This document shows, in pieces, positions 35,678-38,496 of a stretch of DNA of 38,496 nt (positions are counted from its first letter, which is position 1; each line of letters starts with the position of its first letter). A model generated the notes under the pieces. The model made no database searches. It was not told the origin of the DNA and worked only from the letters and a program-made list of their open reading frames with translations. Source of the DNA: Acidobacteriota bacterium (GTDB lineage: Bacteria; Acidobacteriota; UBA4820; DSQY01); NCBI GenBank assembly GCA_021814355.1, contig JAKAIJ010000002.1:1-38496 (forward strand). The letters are read 5' to 3'. Position numbers and translations under genes: made by a program.

Positions 35678-36513
35678 GCCTGCCCGCCGTGAAGGCCTTC
35701 GACCTCGCGCCCGGCACGACGGCCGGCTCTGACCGGCCGCTCTTCATCGCCGGGCCCTGCGTCATCGAGTCGGGGCCGCACGTGCGGGCCCTGGCGCTCC
35801 AGCTCGCCTCCTGGGGCCGGGAGCTCGGCCTGGCGCTCTGTTTCAAGGCCTCCTTCGACAAGGCCAACCGCACCTCCCTGCGCAGCTACCGCGGACCAGG
35901 CCTCGACGAGGGGCTCCGCGTTCTGGCGGAGGCGAAGCGGGAGTCGGGCCTGCCGGTCCTGACCGACGTGCACGAGCCGGCCCAGGCCGAGCGCTGCGCC
36001 GCCGTGGCCGACGTGCTCCAGGTGCCCGCCTTCCTCTGCCGCCAGACCGACCTGCTGGTGGCCTGCGCCCGCACGGGGCGGGCGGTGAACGTGAAGAAGG
36101 GGCAGTTCCTCTCCCCGTGGGACATGGCCCACGCGGTGGAGAAGCTCACGGCCAGCGGCTGCGAGCGCATCCTCCTGACGGAGCGGGGAGTGAGCTTCGG
36201 GTACAACAACCTTGTGGTGGACATGCGCGCCATCGCCGTGATGCGCTCCTTCGGCTACCCCGTCGTCTTCGACGCCACCCACTCGGTGCAGCTCCCGGGC
36301 GGGGCCGGCGGCGCCTCCTCGGGCCGGCGCGAGTTCATTCCCGCGCTTACCCGGGCGGCCGCGGCGGCGGGCGCCGACGGCTTCTTCGCCGAGGTCCACG
36401 ACGCCCCGGAGCGCGCCCTTTCGGACGGCGCCAACGCCCTCCCGCTCGAGGACTTCCCGGCCTTCTGCCGGAGCGCCGCCGCCTTCCACCGCCTGGCCCG
36501 GGAGGCCGCGTGA
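35674..36513 (+). CDS. kdsA: 3-deoxy-8-phosphooctulonate (KDO8P) synthase
   Basis: ATG 35674 overlaps the pyrG TGA (ATGA). Motifs [37 protein letters not shown] and [13 protein letters not shown]. Confidence 0.93.
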
Positions 36514-37469
36514 GCCCCGGCGCGGGCCGCCGGGTCCTCGACGCCGAGGTGCGAGCTCTCGAGCGGCTCCGCGACAGCCTCGGAGACGCCTTCCGCGGCG
36601 CGGTGGACCGCATGGCCTCGTGCGAAGGGCGCGTGGTGGTCACGGGGATGGGCAAGAGCGGGCTCGTGGGCCACAAGATTTCGGCCACCCTCGCGAGCAC
36701 CGGCACGCCTTCCTTCTTCCTCCACCCCGCCGAGGCGTTCCACGGGGACCTTGGGATGGTGAAGCCCGTGGACGTGGTGCTCGCCCTCTCCAACAGCGGC
36801 GAGACCGAGGAGCTCGTGCGCCTCGTGCCCCTGCTCAAGCGGCTGGGGGCCTTCGTCGTGGCCGCCACCGCCTCCGAGAAGAGCACCCTGGCCACGCTGG
36901 CGGACCTCCACGTGGGCGTCCCGGTGGACGAGGAGGGATGCCCCCTCAACCTCGCCCCCATGGCCTCCACCACGGCCCAGTTGGCGCTGGGCGACGCGCT
37001 GGCCGCGGAGCTCATGGAACGACGGAACTTCAAGCAGGAGGACTTCGCCCTCTTCCACCCGGGCGGCAAGCTGGGCAAGCGATTCATGCGGGTCCGCGAC
37101 CTCATGCACGCGGGCGGGGCGGTACCCCTCGTCCTTCCGTCCACCCCCATGCGCGAGGTGATCTTCGAGATCTCGGCCAAGAAGCTGGGGCTCGCGGTGG
37201 TGGCCGAGGCGGACGGCCGGGTGGTCGGAATCGTCACCGACGGCGACATGCGGCGCCTGCTCGAGAAGCACGGGGGCGCGCTCCTCGAGATGCGTGCCGG
37301 CGAGTGCGCCCACCCCGACCCGAAGACCATCTCCGGCGAGGCCCTGGCCGCCGAGGCGCTCCGCATCCTGGAGGAGTGCAAGATCACCTCCCTGCTCGTC
37401 CTCGACGGCTCCCGCCGTGTCCAGGGCGTCCTCCACCTCCACGACCTCTGGCGCCTCCAGCTGATCTGA
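36510..37469 (+). CDS. kdsD: arabinose-5-phosphate isomerase (SIS domain plus tandem CBS)
   Basis: GTG 36510 overlaps the kdsA TGA (GTGA), with GGGAGG upstream. Motifs [41 protein letters not shown] and NSGETEE. CBS-like C-terminus ([16 protein letters not shown]). Confidence 0.9.
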   Translation: MSPGAGRRVLDAEVRALERLRDSLGDAFRGAVDRMASCEGRVVVTGMGKSGLVGHKISATLASTGTPSFFLHPAEAFHGDLGMVKPVDVVLALSNSGETEELVRLVPLLKRLGAFVVAATASEKSTLATLADLHVGVPVDEEGCPLNLAPMASTTAQLALGDALAAELMERRNFKQEDFALFHPGGKLGKRFMRVRDLMHAGGAVPLVLPSTPMREVIFEISAKKLGLAVVAEADGRVVGIVTDGDMRRLLEKHGGALLEMRAGECAHPDPKTISGEALAAEALRILEECKITSLLVLDGSRRVQGVLHLHDLWRLQLI

Positions 37470-37573
37470 CCGCAGTTTCCCGCGGGCCCGCTTCGGACCC
37501 CGCGGCGGCGCTCCGGGCGTGGCGCGGGGAGGGCGTTCGTGCTACCATCTCAACCCTGCACGGGAGCGCCGGG

Positions 37574-38122
37574 ATGGTGGAAGGACGGGCCCGCGGGACG
37601 ACGCCGGAGCTGGCCTCGCGCTTAAAGAGCCTGCGTCTCCTGGTCTTCGATGTGGACGGCACCCTGACCGACGGCGGGATCGTCCTGGACGGCGGCGACG
37701 GCGAGTGGAAGCGCTTCGACGTCCGGGACGGCGCGGGCATCAAGCTGGCCCAGGCCGCGGGCCTCGAGGTGGCGTTCCTTTCTGGGCGGTCCGCCCCGGC
37801 CACGGCGCGGCGCGCCCGCGAGCTGGGCGTCGCCCGGGTGGCGCAGGGGGCGTGCCAGAAGGGCGAGGCCTTCGCGGCCCTGCTCGCCGGGGCCGGGGTG
37901 GCGGCGGAAGAGGCGGCCTACATGGGCGACGATCTCCTGGACCTGCCCGCCCTGAGGCGCGCCGGCGCGGCGGCGTGTCCCGCCGACGCCCACCCGGCGG
38001 TGCGCGCCGAAGTGGACTACGTCTGCACAGACCCCGGCGGACGCGGCGCCGCCCGGGAGTGGATTGATCTGGTCCTGACGGCCCAGGGCAAAATGGACGG
38101 CCTGCTAAGGGCCTATCCGTAA
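37574..38122 (+). CDS. kdsC: KDO 8-phosphate phosphatase (HAD IIIA)
   Basis: Frame of ORF 36620..38122, ATG 37574. Motifs LLVFDVDGTLTDG, DGAGIKL, SGRSAPATARRARELG and YMGDDLLDLP. The last six codons and the TAA stop (38120-38122) lie in the left arm of repeat C. Confidence 0.85.
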   Translation: MVEGRARGTTPELASRLKSLRLLVFDVDGTLTDGGIVLDGGDGEWKRFDVRDGAGIKLAQAAGLEVAFLSGRSAPATARRARELGVARVAQGACQKGEAFAALLAGAGVAAEEAAYMGDDLLDLPALRRAGAAACPADAHPAVRAEVDYVCTDPGGRGAAREWIDLVLTAQGKMDGLLRAYP

Positions 38123-38390
38123 AATAAGGCATGGTCGCGACGGAGGCCAGCCGCGATGGATGGCAAGGAAGCGAGCGAAGGGCGATGTCGGAGACCATCG
38201 GATGAGCGAGCTGACGCAGCCAGGCGCGCGGATGGCCCCGTCCCTCCGGGCGCGGGCGGCTCCCGTCGCATGGCTTTGTTGGCTTCCCTCGGCAGGCGGC
38301 AAGCCCAGAGCCTGCCTGCGGTCGGCCGCCTCGCCCTGCTCGGGAGGCGCCACGCGCGCGGCCGCGCCCTATTTACGGATAGGCCCTAAG
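38105..38390 (-). repeat. hairpin-closed non-coding element, copy C (286 nt; sense orientation inferred as minus)
   Basis: Arms 38105-38129 (ctaagggcctatccgtaaaataagg) and 38367-38390 (ccctatttacggataggccctaag) pair over about 22 bp. The interior shares ordered blocks with copy B on the same strand (atggtcgcg, ccagc.gcg, gcaagg, ggcgatgtc N6-7 catcg, acgcagc, ccct.cgggcgcg, gctttgtt, cgcgcgcggcc). Confidence 0.7.
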
Positions 38391-38413
38391 ACGGTTCCGG
38401 GAGGACGGCGGCG

Positions 38414-38496
38414 ATGCATAACCTGCTGGGTTTGTTGAAGTGGCTCCTCATCTGCACGATGATCCTGGTCTGGCTGGGACTGAGCCTCGCCAACCG
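38414..38496 (+). CDS. N-terminus of a membrane-anchored protein, possibly LptC (continues beyond the window end)
   Basis: ATG 38414 preceded by GGGAGGA. Reads MHNLLGLLKWLLICTMILVWLGLSLAN, a single N-terminal TM helix. The position directly after kdsD-kdsC matches common kds-lptC synteny. The call rests on position only. Confidence 0.35.
   Translation, partial: MHNLLGLLKWLLICTMILVWLGLSLAN

Overview
High-GC (about 70%), densely coding chromosomal segment from a diderm bacterium. All protein calls come from motif recognition in the supplied translations; no database search was possible.

Gene order, left to right:
- pgsA (partial), a GAF/sigma-54 enhancer-binding regulator, a membrane-anchored TPR protein, tRNA-Arg(CCT) and acylphosphatase.
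- Two tandem giant secreted paralogs (1877 and 1548 aa) built from BNR/Asp-box propellers, PPC, IPT/TIG and FN3-like modules.
- A convergent 1375-aa protein with tandem class III cyclase domains, an AAA_16/STAND-like ATPase and TPRs.
- prmC, a dCMP deaminase with an apparent 1-nt frameshift, a PHP-type Tyr phosphatase and RNase R.
- An archaeal-type AMP salvage operon: AMP/thymidine phosphorylase family, ribose-1,5-bisphosphate isomerase and a form III-like RuBisCO with all catalytic residues. A receiver-like/J-like/TPR protein is start/stop-overlapped with rbcL.
- A LysM protein, then a Big_2 lipoprotein-gap-pgk operon on the minus strand.
- kdsB-pyrG-kdsA-kdsD-kdsC followed by a probable lptC start.

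The most unusual signal is non-coding. It is a family of roughly 270-290 nt elements, each closed by a long terminal stem. The interiors share ordered sequence blocks and helices with compensatory changes, while the closing arms differ between copies. Four copies are visible: 1773-2052, 38105-38390, the outer part of 22175-22730, and 22228-22499 nested inside that outer copy in the opposite orientation. A 60-nt solo hairpin at 17825-17884 is identical to the arms of the 22175-22730 copy. Three copies overlap the stop-codon region of the upstream gene. I could not match the family to any RNA or IS family I know.

No CRISPR array, rRNA, transposase or integrase gene was seen.
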